A DNA stretch of 64,000 bases, taken from assembly GCA_040390125.1 (NCBI GenBank), contig JAZJYZ010000001.1, forward strand, positions 163,698-227,697, in the 5' to 3' direction. A program made the translations under genes and the position numbers. Numbering within the stretch: the first letter of the stretch is position 1; each line of letters starts with the position of its first letter. Source of the DNA: Patescibacteria group bacterium. Lineage in GTDB: Bacteria; Patescibacteriota; Minisyncoccia; Phycocordibacterales; Phycocordibacteraceae. Under the pieces are notes generated by a model. It did no database searches. It was not told the origin of the DNA and saw only the letters and a program-made list of their open reading frames with translations. Positions 9,734 to 19,431 of this stretch are shown piece by piece.

Positions 9734-10685
9734 GTCTTTTGTTTAGTTTCTTATTTTTGGTCGACTGGAGTGATTTTTGTGTTTCTTCAATGAGAACCGC
9801 ATTTTCTTCAATTTCCTTCATGGTTCTGTTGCCTACGACAATGGCACTCACCCCAGACTCTTTGAGTATGTGTTCGAAAGCCGACCTTCTGAGTCCTTTT
9901 GGTGAAGTATTTTTTTCTAGCAATACCAAAACCTTCTTCAAAACTTGCTCGACCTTGCCTCTGTTATGTTGTAGGTTCCATTTCCAATAATCGTCAATAA
10001 GAGGTAGGTCTTCTATTTTCTTAAAGTTTCCCGTGAGGTAGCCTCTTTTTAATGGGCCTCCAACGAGAACTCCTATGCCGTATTCTTCGGCTTCTTTAAT
10101 AGCCTCTTTGCACTCAGTATCAATTAAATTGTACTGAAGCATGATGACATCAATGTCTTGCGTCAGAGCCGCTCTCACGTGTTCTGGTTCATTTTCAAAG
10201 CTGTACCCAATAGCTTTAACCAAACCTAATGCTTGGAGTGTTTTAGCGACAGCGATAGCCTTGCCATTTTTAACTTTTTCCAATGACGGTGCATGAATGA
10301 GTAGTATGTCGACATAATCCGTTTGGAGACGTCTCAAGCTTTGTTTGAATTGATCAACGATTCGTTCTGGTTCGAAATTGCTTCGGTGTGAATATTCATC
10401 GAATTGCCCAAGCTTGAGGCAATAAAATACCTCACTGCGTTTGTTTTTAAATGCTTTGCCCAATAACTCTTGGGCACGGCTCTGCAAATAGCCACGCTCG
10501 TCTTTATATTGTCCATAGACTACAGCGGCATCGAAAATATTGATGCCGAGTTTTTGTGCTGCTTGCAGGATCTCAATATTCTCTTTCTCAGAATTTGAAT
10601 GCCATCTGCCACCGCCTATCTGCCAGACACCAAAACCCAAGAGGGAAACGTCAAAACCTGTATTGCCGAGTTTTCTATAAAGCAT
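9723..10685 (-). CDS. Aldo/keto reductase
   Basis: LGFGVWQIGG, FDAA.VYG, SLRRLQTDYVD, catalytic D/Y/K/H present. Confidence 0.92.
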   Translation of the reverse strand: MLYRKLGNTGFDVSLLGFGVWQIGGGRWHSNSEKENIEILQAAQKLGINIFDAAVVYGQYKDERGYLQSRAQELLGKAFKNKRSEVFYCLKLGQFDEYSHRSNFEPERIVDQFKQSLRRLQTDYVDILLIHAPSLEKVKNGKAIAVAKTLQALGLVKAIGYSFENEPEHVRAALTQDIDVIMLQYNLIDTECKEAIKEAEEYGIGVLVGGPLKRGYLTGNFKKIEDLPLIDDYWKWNLQHNRGKVEQVLKKVLVLLEKNTSPKGLRRSAFEHILKESGVSAIVVGNRTMKEIEENAVLIEETQKSLQSTKNKKLNKRHEK

Positions 10686-10716
10686 GCTTAGTATTATTGA
10701 CTTGAGTTGAGAAAGT

Positions 10717-10735
10717 TGTCAAAATATAAATGACA
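10717..10735. promoter_or_regulatory. Candidate operator in divergent promoter region
   Basis: TGTCA-N9-TGACA overlapping a minus-strand TTGACA. Confidence 0.4.
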
Positions 10736-10831
10736 TATCTTGAAAATAACTATATTTATATTGAATAAAATAGCTTAAAACTGTTGTTATTTATTTGACA
10801 AAAATATTCAATTCAGCTTAACTGTTCGTAT

Positions 10832-11611
10832 ATGAAGGAGATAGATGAGCTATTACGTGATTTCGGTTTGTCCTCAAAAGAAATCCAAGTCTTGATGGCT
10901 GTTTTTCAAGCAGGCAAAATATCTCCGGCAGCTATTGCAAAACTGACAAAACTTAAAAGACCCACGGTGTATGTTCTTGCAAAAGAGCTCGCAAAACGGG
11001 GGTTTCTTCTGGAGGACACTACAGGAAAGACTATCAATTATCTTCCTACACAGCCTGAATATTTGTCTGAAGTTATCGAACGGGAACATTCAGTTCTTGC
11101 TGAAAAGGAGCGAATCATCAAAAATATTACCGAAAGCTTAAAAAGCTTACCTCGATCTTCCACCTACGCAGTACCAAAGATTCGTTTCGTTGAAGGAGAG
11201 AAGGAGGTCGAGCAGTTTCTGTACCGTCAGATTCCTGAGTGGTTTGCGAGTATGGAGGTAGCTCATACCAGAACGTGGTGGGGGTTTCAAGATAGCTCCT
11301 TCGTTCAATCGGCTCGCTATCGCAAGTGGATAGAGTGGCACTGGAAACAGATGCCAAATGACTTTGACCTTAGATTACTTTCTAATATTTCAGACACAGA
11401 AACCGCCATGCAAGGGAAAATCAGCGAACGACGGAGAATACGCTTCTGGGAAGATGCTGATTTTACAGCCACTCAGTGGTTTATGGGTGAATACTCAGTG
11501 ATGATAATGACATCTGCTACACCGCATTATCTTGTCGAGACGAAAGATGCGGTGTATGCAAGAAATATGCGTGCATTATTCAAACATTTATGGCAGGAAG
11601 TTTCAAAATAA
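10832..11611 (+). CDS. TrmB-family transcriptional regulator
   Basis: N-terminal wHTH (GLSSKE...IAKLTKLKRPTVY..L...G), coiled coil, effector domain. Confidence 0.85.
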   Translation: MKEIDELLRDFGLSSKEIQVLMAVFQAGKISPAAIAKLTKLKRPTVYVLAKELAKRGFLLEDTTGKTINYLPTQPEYLSEVIEREHSVLAEKERIIKNITESLKSLPRSSTYAVPKIRFVEGEKEVEQFLYRQIPEWFASMEVAHTRTWWGFQDSSFVQSARYRKWIEWHWKQMPNDFDLRLLSNISDTETAMQGKISERRRIRFWEDADFTATQWFMGEYSVMIMTSATPHYLVETKDAVYARNMRALFKHLWQEVSK

Positions 11612-11730
11612 GTGCAGAAGGACTGAAGCCCGACAGCTGACCCCCACGGGGACTGAGATTTATAGCCAATCGTTGAACTCTTGGACAAATCGGGAGCCTG
11701 CAAGCTTCTGTGTTAGGATTTCTGCATGAA

Positions 11731-11847
11731 TCCCGTTAGAAATTGCGAATGCGAAACAGATAGAAATGGACTGCTGAGGTCGATGTTTAGTATTTTAAAT
11801 ATAGGTAGGTGCGAGGCACAGGCATTCGCATTCTATTTCTAACGGGA
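11731..11847. mobile_element. MITE-like element at the tpiA start
   Basis: 13-bp TIR TCCCGTTAGAAAT/ATTTCTAACGGGA, inner TGCGAATGC/GCATTCGCA, flanking TGAA direct repeat. Confidence 0.8.
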
Positions 11848-12599
11848 TGAAAAAACTCATCGTCGGTAACTGGAAACTGTATGTGAATACTCCTGCTGAA
11901 GGCAAAAAGCTCATTCGTGACATTGATAAGAAACTGCCCCGTGGACTCAAAGTGGAAGTAGCACTATGTCCGCAAGTGTCGCTCGCACCTCTTTTGAAGA
12001 GTGAGTATAAAGGGAAACGAATGTCTTTTGGTACGCAGGATGTTTTTTTCGAAGGGGGTGGAGCTCATACGGGGCAGACGTCTCCAAAAGCTCTTGTCGC
12101 ATCTGGAATTAAGTATGTAATTGTGGGGCACGCAGAAAGAAGAGCAGAGGGGGACACTGATGAAATTGTTGCAAAAAAAGCAGTCACGGCAATTAAGGCA
12201 AAATTGCACCCAATCGTGTGTGTTGGTGAACCATCTCGTGACTCTGAGGGTGTGTATTTAACATATCTTGCGAACAGCGTGATTTCTTCACTCGCTCGTA
12301 TTGAAGCTACGGACGCTTCAAAATTTACTATTGCGTATGACCCACTGTGGGCCATTGGTGCCCCGCTCGCTCCATCGCCTCGCATTGTTGCGGAGGCGGT
12401 TATGTTCATCAGAAAAACTATTGCAGATATGTGGGGACGAGAACGTGCGCTGAAAGTTCGTATTATTTATGGAGGCTCAGTCAATGCAGAAAGTGCTGCA
12501 TTGTTTGCAGCAACTCCTGGTATACAAGGCCTTCTTCCGGGACGTGCAAGTGTTGACGCAGAAGAATTTACAGGAATCATTCGGGCTTTCAATTCGTAA
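11847..12599 (+). CDS. tpiA: Triosephosphate isomerase family (divergent active site)
   Basis: GNWK, GHAERR, AYDPLWAIG, YGGSV; adjacent to pgk. Confidence 0.9.
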   Translation: MKKLIVGNWKLYVNTPAEGKKLIRDIDKKLPRGLKVEVALCPQVSLAPLLKSEYKGKRMSFGTQDVFFEGGGAHTGQTSPKALVASGIKYVIVGHAERRAEGDTDEIVAKKAVTAIKAKLHPIVCVGEPSRDSEGVYLTYLANSVISSLARIEATDASKFTIAYDPLWAIGAPLAPSPRIVAEAVMFIRKTIADMWGRERALKVRIIYGGSVNAESAALFAATPGIQGLLPGRASVDAEEFTGIIRAFNS

Positions 12600-12612
12600 A
12601 TCCAATTTGTTC

Positions 12613-13725
12613 ATGCACTCTATTGAAACAGTAACGAATTTGAGTGGTGTGCGAGTACTCGTGCGTTGTTCCTATGATGTGCCGGTAAAGGATGAAGTCG
12701 TTGTCGATACCATCCGACTGGACAACGGTTTACAGACGGTGGAGTATTTAATACGTAAAGGTGCACGTATTATTCTCATTGGGCACATTGGGCGAGATCC
12801 AAAAAATTCTTTGAAGCCCGTGTATGAATATCTGAAACAAAAAATAAATCTTACATTCGTTGATGATATTACTGGCGATGTAGCGCACAGGGCAGTTGAA
12901 GCTCTTGAGGACGGCGGAGTACTGTTGCTCGAGAATTTGCGTCGTGACCCTGGTGAGAAAGGTAATGATGAAAATTTCGCTCATTCGCTTGCATCTCTTG
13001 CGGACATATACGTGGATGATGCATTTACAAATGCACATCGCCATCATGCGTCCATGGTGGGAGTGACGAAGTTGTTGCCTTCGTATGCAGGATTTCAGTT
13101 TCTTGCTGAGGTGGAAGGGTTGAAGTCAGCTCTTGCCCCTTCGAGCCCGTCTCTAGCAATCGTAGGCGGAGCAAAATTTGAAACTAAAGTAGTATTGGTA
13201 CATACGCTTTTAGAAAAATACGACTTTGTGTTTGTAGGTGGTGCGGTTGTAAATGATTTTTTTGTCGCAAAAGGATACAGCGTAGGTAAGTCGCTTGTTT
13301 CAAAAACGCCGGTGGACAAGGACATTTTACAGAGTCCAAAAATACTTCTTCCAGAAATAGTAACAGTTGAGGGCTCAGGTGGTCGACGTGATGTATTGGT
13401 GCGTGATGTTCTAGAGGACGACGTTATTTTAGATATTGCTCCCGCATCTATTTTGGCACTCCAGCCAACTATTAATTCGGCACGCTCTATTTTATGGAAC
13501 GGTCCGATGGGTAATTTTGAAAAAGGATTTACTGCAGGGACTGACGCACTTGCCATTGCTATTGCTGGGTCGTCCGCAAAATCCATTGTTGGTGGCGGGG
13601 ACACCCTTTCCTCAATTCAAAATCTTGGGCTCATGGATAAATTTACGTTCGTTTCAACAGCGGGGGGCGCCATGCTCGACTTTCTTGCAAACGGCACGTT
13701 GCCGGGGATTGAAGCGCTTGACTAG
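12613..13725 (+). CDS. pgk: Phosphoglycerate kinase
   Basis: GHIGR, LLENLR, DAF..AHR.HAS, GGAK, WNGPMG, GGGDT; start moved to ATG 12613. Confidence 0.95.
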   Translation: MHSIETVTNLSGVRVLVRCSYDVPVKDEVVVDTIRLDNGLQTVEYLIRKGARIILIGHIGRDPKNSLKPVYEYLKQKINLTFVDDITGDVAHRAVEALEDGGVLLLENLRRDPGEKGNDENFAHSLASLADIYVDDAFTNAHRHHASMVGVTKLLPSYAGFQFLAEVEGLKSALAPSSPSLAIVGGAKFETKVVLVHTLLEKYDFVFVGGAVVNDFFVAKGYSVGKSLVSKTPVDKDILQSPKILLPEIVTVEGSGGRRDVLVRDVLEDDVILDIAPASILALQPTINSARSILWNGPMGNFEKGFTAGTDALAIAIAGSSAKSIVGGGDTLSSIQNLGLMDKFTFVSTAGGAMLDFLANGTLPGIEALD

Positions 13726-13781
13726 GCTTAATTGTTGTAGTTCTATAGACTAAATACATAGTTAATTTTTAATCAAAGAAT

Positions 13782-14030
13782 ATGCCTGGACCTCGTTTGG
13801 AACGTTTTTTATTAAAGCTTGTACCACGAAGAAGCTTAGAAAGGGAATCAGATAGACTGTACGGTTTAGTATATAAGCATGCAGCGTTTGAGCACCATGA
13901 CGCTCGATTAAAGATAGTGGATGACGAGATTGGGGATCGTAATTTTAAAAAATACGGAACCAGGGTGCACCTTGAACCAAGACGTAAACCGGTAAGACTA
14001 GGAAAACCAAAGAAAGGATGGTTTGGTTAG
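13782..14030 (+). CDS. Small basic hypothetical protein
   Basis: 82-aa ORF filling the intergenic gap. Confidence 0.5.
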   Translation: MPGPRLERFLLKLVPRRSLERESDRLYGLVYKHAAFEHHDARLKIVDDEIGDRNFKKYGTRVHLEPRRKPVRLGKPKKGWFG

Positions 14031-14061
14031 TTTAAAAAAGAGATCCCCCCTAAACACTAGA

Positions 14062-14117
14062 TGATTCCTGCGGATCCGATGAAACTGGTCCCTACGGACA
14101 CGACGAAGCGTCGCCTA
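14062..14117 (-). repeat. Double-hairpin mini-element, about 1.7 tandem copies
   Basis: Minus strand TAGGCGACGCTTCGTCGTGTCCGTAGGGACCA-GTTTCATCGGATCCGCAGGAATCA. Confidence 0.75.
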
Positions 14118-14520
14118 AACCCTGCTTAATTTTCTCCGCCACTTCTTTTGCTCCTCCTTCTTTATATTCAGTTCCTATCCACGGCTTATGGGGGTCTCCT
14201 TCAATGCGGGGGATGATGTGCATGTGTGCATGAAATACTAGCTGATGTGCGGCAGGTTCGTTGTTCATTGTTATGTTAATGCCGTCTGCTCCGACGGCAT
14301 TTTTTATGACGGGTGCAAGATAGTACACTGTTTTCATTACTTCTAGCCAAACACTTTCCGGCATGTCCAGCATATTTCTATAATGAACTTTTGGAACTAC
14401 GAGTGTGTGGCCTGCATTATTAGGACGGATATCAAGAAATGCGAACGTATGCTCGTTTTCAAATAGCATTTCTGCCGGGATTTCTTTGGCAATTATTTTA
14501 CAAAATAGACAATCAGTCAT
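14092..14520 (-). CDS. HIT family nucleotide hydrolase
   Basis: CLFCKI, GHTLVVPK, HAHMH triad. Confidence 0.93.
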   Translation of the reverse strand: MTDCLFCKIIAKEIPAEMLFENEHTFAFLDIRPNNAGHTLVVPKVHYRNMLDMPESVWLEVMKTVYYLAPVIKNAVGADGINITMNNEPAAHQLVFHAHMHIIPRIEGDPHKPWIGTEYKEGGAKEVAEKIKQGLGDASSCP

Positions 14521-14524
14521 AGGT

Positions 14525-14596
14525 TAGGTGTCAGCTGCCAGCTTTCAGGTTCCAGCTTCTCTTAATTCAAAGCTGAAAGCTGGAACCTGAAAGCTT
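14525..14596. repeat. Inverted pair of heptamer tracts at divergent junction
   Basis: taggtgt cagctgc cagcttt caggttc cagcttc ... aaag ctgaaag ctggaac ctgaaag ct. Confidence 0.85.
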
Positions 14597-14623
14597 CCTC
14601 TCTAAAATGTTACCATGTCCTAA

Positions 14624-16309
14624 ATGCAGATACTCCACCCGTTAGTCGAGCGAATACTTGAAAATAGAAAGATTGAAGACCGAGAGTTGTTCTTGAATCC
14701 TCTGTATGACGCAAGACACGACCCATTTCTTTTGAAGGGGATGGATGTGTCAGTTGCACGGATTCTCGAAGCAATAAAAAAAGGAGAAAAGATATGCGTA
14801 TGGCACGACTATGATTGTGATGGCATTCCCGGTGGAGCACTTCTTTTTGATTTTTTTCGTCGCATTGGATATGAGATCGAAACATACGTGCCCGAGCGAA
14901 GTGAAGGATATGGGCTCAATGTTCCCGGCATTGATTCTCTGAAAGAAAAAGGAATCTCTCTTATCATCACTGTTGATTGTGGAATCACTGATGTTCTAGA
15001 AGTGGCACATGCAAACAGTCTTGGAATTGAAACAATTGTTACTGACCATCACCTTCCGCAGGCAACACTTCCACCAGCACTTGCAGTTATCAATGCGCAC
15101 CAATCGGATGATGTGTATCCGTTCAAGGGGCTGTGTGGCACTGGTGTTGCATTTAAGTTAGTAGAAGCTCTCATTCAAAAAGGTTCGTTCAATATACCCG
15201 AAGGATCTGAAAAGTGGCTATTGGATTTGGTAGCAGTTGCAACAGTTGCGGACATGGTGCCGTTAACTGGTGAGAATCGTACTCTTGTAAAATATGGGCT
15301 CACGGTTCTGAGAAAAGGCAGACGTCCTGGCTTGAAGGCATTGCTGGAAGCTGAACGCATTCCGCTTATGACCGTTGCTGAGGATGATATCGCTTTTTCT
15401 ATTGCACCAAAAATAAATGCGGCGTCACGTATGAAGAGTCCGAAACTTTCCTTCGAGCTTCTCACAACCGAGTCAGAAACACGAGCACGGGAAATTGCAA
15501 AAGAGTTAGTGCAGTTAAATCAAGCACGGAAAATCGAAGGTATGCATGTAGCCAAAGATGTGAAGAAACGAATGGAAATGATGCCGAGCATTGATTCTGT
15601 AGTGGTTATGGGGAGTCAATCATGGCGACCCTCACTTTTAGGCATAGCGGCAACGAATATTGTTGAAACGTATCAGCGTACCGTGTGCTTGTGGGGAATG
15701 GACCCTTCGACCGACTCAGGGCAAGTGGGTCTTATTAAAGGATCATGCAGGTCAAACGGCACCGTGAATATTGTTTCCTTAATGGTAGAAGCCAAAGATG
15801 CCTTTTTGGATTTTGGTGGGCATGAGCTTGCGGGCGGGTTTTCTGTCTCGCCTGAAAAAATTCATGATTTACCTCTGAAGCTTCAGCAAGCACTCGAGTC
15901 GCTTACGTCGAGAGGGGGCGGAGAAATAGATTCAGGGGCCAGAAATAAAGGCGTAGTTGAAAGTTCATTAACACTCGCTGAAGTAAATGACATTGCATTT
16001 GATGCGCTTCGTTCTCTTGCTCCCTTTGGTATGGAAAATCCAAAGCCTTTTTTCAAATTCAACAACGTTTCAGTTCTCGGGATTAATCGTTTTGGTAAAG
16101 CAAAAGAACACATTCGGCTTACTTTTTCCGATGATTCGGGACGGAAAACAGACGGCATCGTTTTCTTCGTTCCACGTTCCTCATTCAAAGATACGCTCGA
16201 GCTTCTCTCGGTAGGGGATATGTGTACCATTGAGGCATCTATTGAGCGTTCGTATTTTGCTGGTAGGAAAGAATTACGTTTACGAATAGAAAACATGCTT
16301 GTGTCTTAG
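14624..16309 (+). CDS. recJ: ssDNA exonuclease RecJ
   Basis: DYDCDG, TVDCG, TDHH, ADMVPL..ENR, GGH..AGG, PFG..NP.P. Confidence 0.95.
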   Translation: MQILHPLVERILENRKIEDRELFLNPLYDARHDPFLLKGMDVSVARILEAIKKGEKICVWHDYDCDGIPGGALLFDFFRRIGYEIETYVPERSEGYGLNVPGIDSLKEKGISLIITVDCGITDVLEVAHANSLGIETIVTDHHLPQATLPPALAVINAHQSDDVYPFKGLCGTGVAFKLVEALIQKGSFNIPEGSEKWLLDLVAVATVADMVPLTGENRTLVKYGLTVLRKGRRPGLKALLEAERIPLMTVAEDDIAFSIAPKINAASRMKSPKLSFELLTTESETRAREIAKELVQLNQARKIEGMHVAKDVKKRMEMMPSIDSVVVMGSQSWRPSLLGIAATNIVETYQRTVCLWGMDPSTDSGQVGLIKGSCRSNGTVNIVSLMVEAKDAFLDFGGHELAGGFSVSPEKIHDLPLKLQQALESLTSRGGGEIDSGARNKGVVESSLTLAEVNDIAFDALRSLAPFGMENPKPFFKFNNVSVLGINRFGKAKEHIRLTFSDDSGRKTDGIVFFVPRSSFKDTLELLSVGDMCTIEASIERSYFAGRKELRLRIENMLVS

Positions 16310-16315
16310 ATCTCT

Positions 16316-17023
16316 ATGAAAAAAGTTATACATCGAAGTGATGAGCGAGGGAGAGGAGAATACGGCTGGCTTACTACTCGCTACAGTTTTAGTTTTGCAG
16401 ATTGGCATGAGCCGACACGTATGGGTTTTGGCGCACTTCGAGTTATTAACGACGACGTGATTTCAGCAAGCTCCGGTTTTGGTATGCACCATCATCGAGA
16501 TATGGAAATAATTACTATAGTCACTAAAGGTACGGTGACCCATAAAGACAGTATGGGAAACGTCGGGGCAGTTCCCGCAGGTGACGTGCAGGTTATGTCG
16601 GCGGGAACTGGTGTTACTCACTCCGAATATAATGACTCGAAAGAAGAAGTGCTTTCTTTATTTCAAATATGGATACAGCCAAAAGAGTTTGGTATTAAAC
16701 CCAAGTACGCTCAAAAATCTTTTAATCTTGCTGAAGTAAAGAATGGACTGACACTTCTTGTTGCACCTATTGGAATGGGAGATGGTTTGCCTATCAATCA
16801 GGACGCATATATTTCGTATGCAGTGTTGGACAAAAATACTCCGTGCAACTACACGTTGAGAGAGAAAGGTAATGGTGTGTATCTCTTTGTGGTGAACGGC
16901 GATGTCACTTTTGACGGGGAAATTCTAAACTCAAGGGATGCCGTGGGTGTGTCGGGTGCAGATGAGTTGCTGATGACCTCTTCTCTTTCAGCACGAGTAC
17001 TTGTTATTGAGGCTCCTGTCTAA
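16316..17023 (+). CDS. Pirin family protein
   Basis: GFGALRVINDD, GFGMHHHRDMEI, MSAGTGVTHSE. Confidence 0.93.
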   Translation: MKKVIHRSDERGRGEYGWLTTRYSFSFADWHEPTRMGFGALRVINDDVISASSGFGMHHHRDMEIITIVTKGTVTHKDSMGNVGAVPAGDVQVMSAGTGVTHSEYNDSKEEVLSLFQIWIQPKEFGIKPKYAQKSFNLAEVKNGLTLLVAPIGMGDGLPINQDAYISYAVLDKNTPCNYTLREKGNGVYLFVVNGDVTFDGEILNSRDAVGVSGADELLMTSSLSARVLVIEAPV

Positions 17024-17052
17024 AAGGTTTTTTGAAAATTGGTCTAACGTAT

Positions 17053-17328
17053 CTATATTCTTCCGCTTCCACCACAGGTGGAACATTTTCTGTATGCCCA
17101 TCTTTTTTGTGGGACTCGAAATCTACCCGCTAGTTCAGTTTTCCAATACCCTAACCTCTTTTGTCCCTTGCACACTGGACACTTCTGCTTTCTTTTTTCG
17201 GGTGGACGAGAACCCGCAGTTTTTGATCCGATCATGGGGTCAAGTTTCACATCGGGATAGTTTTCTTTTCGCGCCTTCAGTCTTTCTTGACGTTTTTCTC
17301 TGGGTCTTTCTATCCGGTTCCTTGACAT
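17053..17328 (-). CDS. Small basic protein with DnaJ-type Cys motifs
   Basis: CPVCKGQK...CSTCGGSG; AT-rich TTGACA promoter upstream. Confidence 0.6.
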   Translation of the reverse strand: MSRNRIERPREKRQERLKARKENYPDVKLDPMIGSKTAGSRPPEKRKQKCPVCKGQKRLGYWKTELAGRFRVPQKRWAYRKCSTCGGSGRI

Positions 17329-17437
17329 ATTCTTATTGTATTCAATATATAATTTTTTATAAATATGTCAAAAAAGCATCTCCTGAATTCAACCTCTCCC
17401 TGCGTATCTACATTCAAGCGTAGGATACAATACCCCA

Positions 17438-17857
17438 ATGTCTCAGATAATTATTTATACCGATGGAGGGTCTCGGGGGAATCCAGGGCCGTCGGGTTCG
17501 GGCGCTGTGGTAAAGGGTTTGAATGGAAAGAACGTCGCAAGTATCTCGGCGTTTTTGGGAGTACGCACTAACAACTGGGCGGAATATGAAGCACTCATTT
17601 TGGCACTTCGTGCTGCTGTTGATGCATTTGGAACACCAGTACCACATGGAGTGGTTGTGAGAATGGATTCAGAATTAATTGTTCGACAGATGAAAGGCGA
17701 ATATAAAGTAAAACATCCAGTGCTTAAGGAGCAATACACAAAGGTCCGTGTACTTATTGCAGAATCATTTCCTCAAATAAAATTTACACATATACCACGT
17801 GAAGAAAACAGCGAAGCAGACGCTCTTGCAAACGAAGCAATGGATCGAGGGGTTTAA
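17438..17857 (+). CDS. rnhA: Ribonuclease HI family
   Basis: TDGGSRGNPG, TNN.AEY.A, DSEL, N..ADALAN. Confidence 0.93.
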   Translation: MSQIIIYTDGGSRGNPGPSGSGAVVKGLNGKNVASISAFLGVRTNNWAEYEALILALRAAVDAFGTPVPHGVVVRMDSELIVRQMKGEYKVKHPVLKEQYTKVRVLIAESFPQIKFTHIPREENSEADALANEAMDRGV

Positions 17858-17859
17858 AC

Positions 17860-19224
17860 ATGCGTGCCGATTGGCTACTTCGTTTCATTGTCCCCGTACT
17901 CTGTATCGGGACGGTCATTGGTGCGGGAGCATATTCGGTATTTGCACCTGAAAAACTTTCCTCGCTTTTTGAGGATTCCATTGGTAGTACCTCTGTCATT
18001 GAAGGTGTGGTTATTAGAGATCCTGATCAACGTGAACGCACGACGCATCTTGCAGTGGAGGTGCAAAAGTTGAATGGCGTTTCTGTTACAGAGAAGGTGC
18101 GAGTGCTTATTTTCTCAGATACGTTTGAGACTGCCGTCTATGGCGACCGCATTAGTGTGAAAGGAAAAATTAAAAAGCCCGAACCATTTGAAACTGATTC
18201 AGGGCGAACATTTAATTATCCAAAATATCTTCGTGCGCACGGCATTCTTTACACGATGTCTTCACCGAGTGTTGCGAAACTAGCGACGGGAGAAGGGAAC
18301 CCTATTGTTGCAGAGCTTCTCTCAATAAAGCACTCGTTTATCAAGGGTATCGAGCGTGCGGTGCCAGAACCTGAATCAGCCTTGCTTGCAGGGTTACTTC
18401 TTGGCGAGAAGCAGTCGCTCGGCGAAAAGCTCACGGAAGCATTCCGCAATGCTGGCGTGGTGCACATCATCGTGCTCTCTGGCTACAACGTGGCACTCGT
18501 TATTCAATGGATTTCGTTCGTATTTTTAAAAATATTTTCACAGAGGGTGGCGTATATTTTTTCCGCACTTTTTGTCGTTGGCTTTGCGATAATGACCGGC
18601 GGATCTGAAACGACTATTCGCGCCCTCATCATGGCGCTTCTCATGATGGTTGCAACCGTTTTGCATCGACCAAAGGCAGCACTTCGCATGCTCGCCATTG
18701 CTGCCGCCACAATGGCAGTCATGAATCCGTTTATCGTTTTGTATGATCTCTCGTTCCAGCTCTCCATTCTTGCAACGCTCGGGCTCATACTATTTTCTGA
18801 AACACTCGCGAGTCGTTTAACGTTCATTCCTAATTTTAAATACTTCCCATTTCGGGAAATTGTATCGACGACTCTGGCAACGCAGGTAACCGTGTTGCCA
18901 CTTCTTATATTTTCTATTGGAGCAGTATCTCTTGTATTTTTGCCCGCGAATGTTCTGGTTCTTCCGGCAGTTCCTGTTGCAATGTTTGTTGGATTCTTTG
19001 CATCGATTACTGCACTTCTCTCGCCGATACTCGCTTTTCCATTAAGTATTGTTGCGTATGGAATTCTTTCCTACATTATTTCTATCGCAACATTTTTTGG
19101 GTCACTGCCATTTGCATCGCTCCCTATTCCACGGGAGTGGATGTGGCCACTGTTAATGGTGCTCGGGTTTGCGTATGCGACCATTGGATGGTTACTGTTT
19201 CACCTAAGGCAGAAATTTTTCTAG
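17860..19224 (+). CDS. comEC: ComEC/Rec2 competence membrane domain
   Basis: AGVVHIIVLSGYNV, RA.IM, NP...DLSFQLS. Confidence 0.92.
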   Translation: MRADWLLRFIVPVLCIGTVIGAGAYSVFAPEKLSSLFEDSIGSTSVIEGVVIRDPDQRERTTHLAVEVQKLNGVSVTEKVRVLIFSDTFETAVYGDRISVKGKIKKPEPFETDSGRTFNYPKYLRAHGILYTMSSPSVAKLATGEGNPIVAELLSIKHSFIKGIERAVPEPESALLAGLLLGEKQSLGEKLTEAFRNAGVVHIIVLSGYNVALVIQWISFVFLKIFSQRVAYIFSALFVVGFAIMTGGSETTIRALIMALLMMVATVLHRPKAALRMLAIAAATMAVMNPFIVLYDLSFQLSILATLGLILFSETLASRLTFIPNFKYFPFREIVSTTLATQVTVLPLLIFSIGAVSLVFLPANVLVLPAVPVAMFVGFFASITALLSPILAFPLSIVAYGILSYIISIATFFGSLPFASLPIPREWMWPLLMVLGFAYATIGWLLFHLRQKFF

Positions 19225-19232
19225 CGTGCATA

Positions 19233-19264
19233 TATAAAAAGCCCTCAAATGAAGGCTTTTTATA
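19233..19264. terminator. Bidirectional terminator
   Basis: TATAAAAAGCCCTCA-aa-TGAAGGCTTTTTATA between convergent genes. Confidence 0.7.
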
Positions 19265-19289
19265 AAGCAATTGTCTACGCTCTTATTAT

Positions 19290-19415
19290 TTATACATGCG
19301 ATTGCCTCTGGGCTCGCTTTGCGTTACGCCTCTGTGCACGTTCCCGGCGCAACATGTTAAAGTAATGCCGGAACCGCCATGATGCTGGCATTGCATTGGT
19401 ATATCTTTCATCCAT
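19290..19415 (-). CDS. 41-aa Arg-rich micro-ORF
   Basis: MDERYTNAMPASWRFRHYFNMLRRERAQRRNAKRAQRQSHV; TACTAT 8 nt before ATG. Confidence 0.4.
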   Translation of the reverse strand: MDERYTNAMPASWRFRHYFNMLRRERAQRRNAKRAQRQSHV

Positions 19416-19431
19416 ATTTTAGTATAGTACA

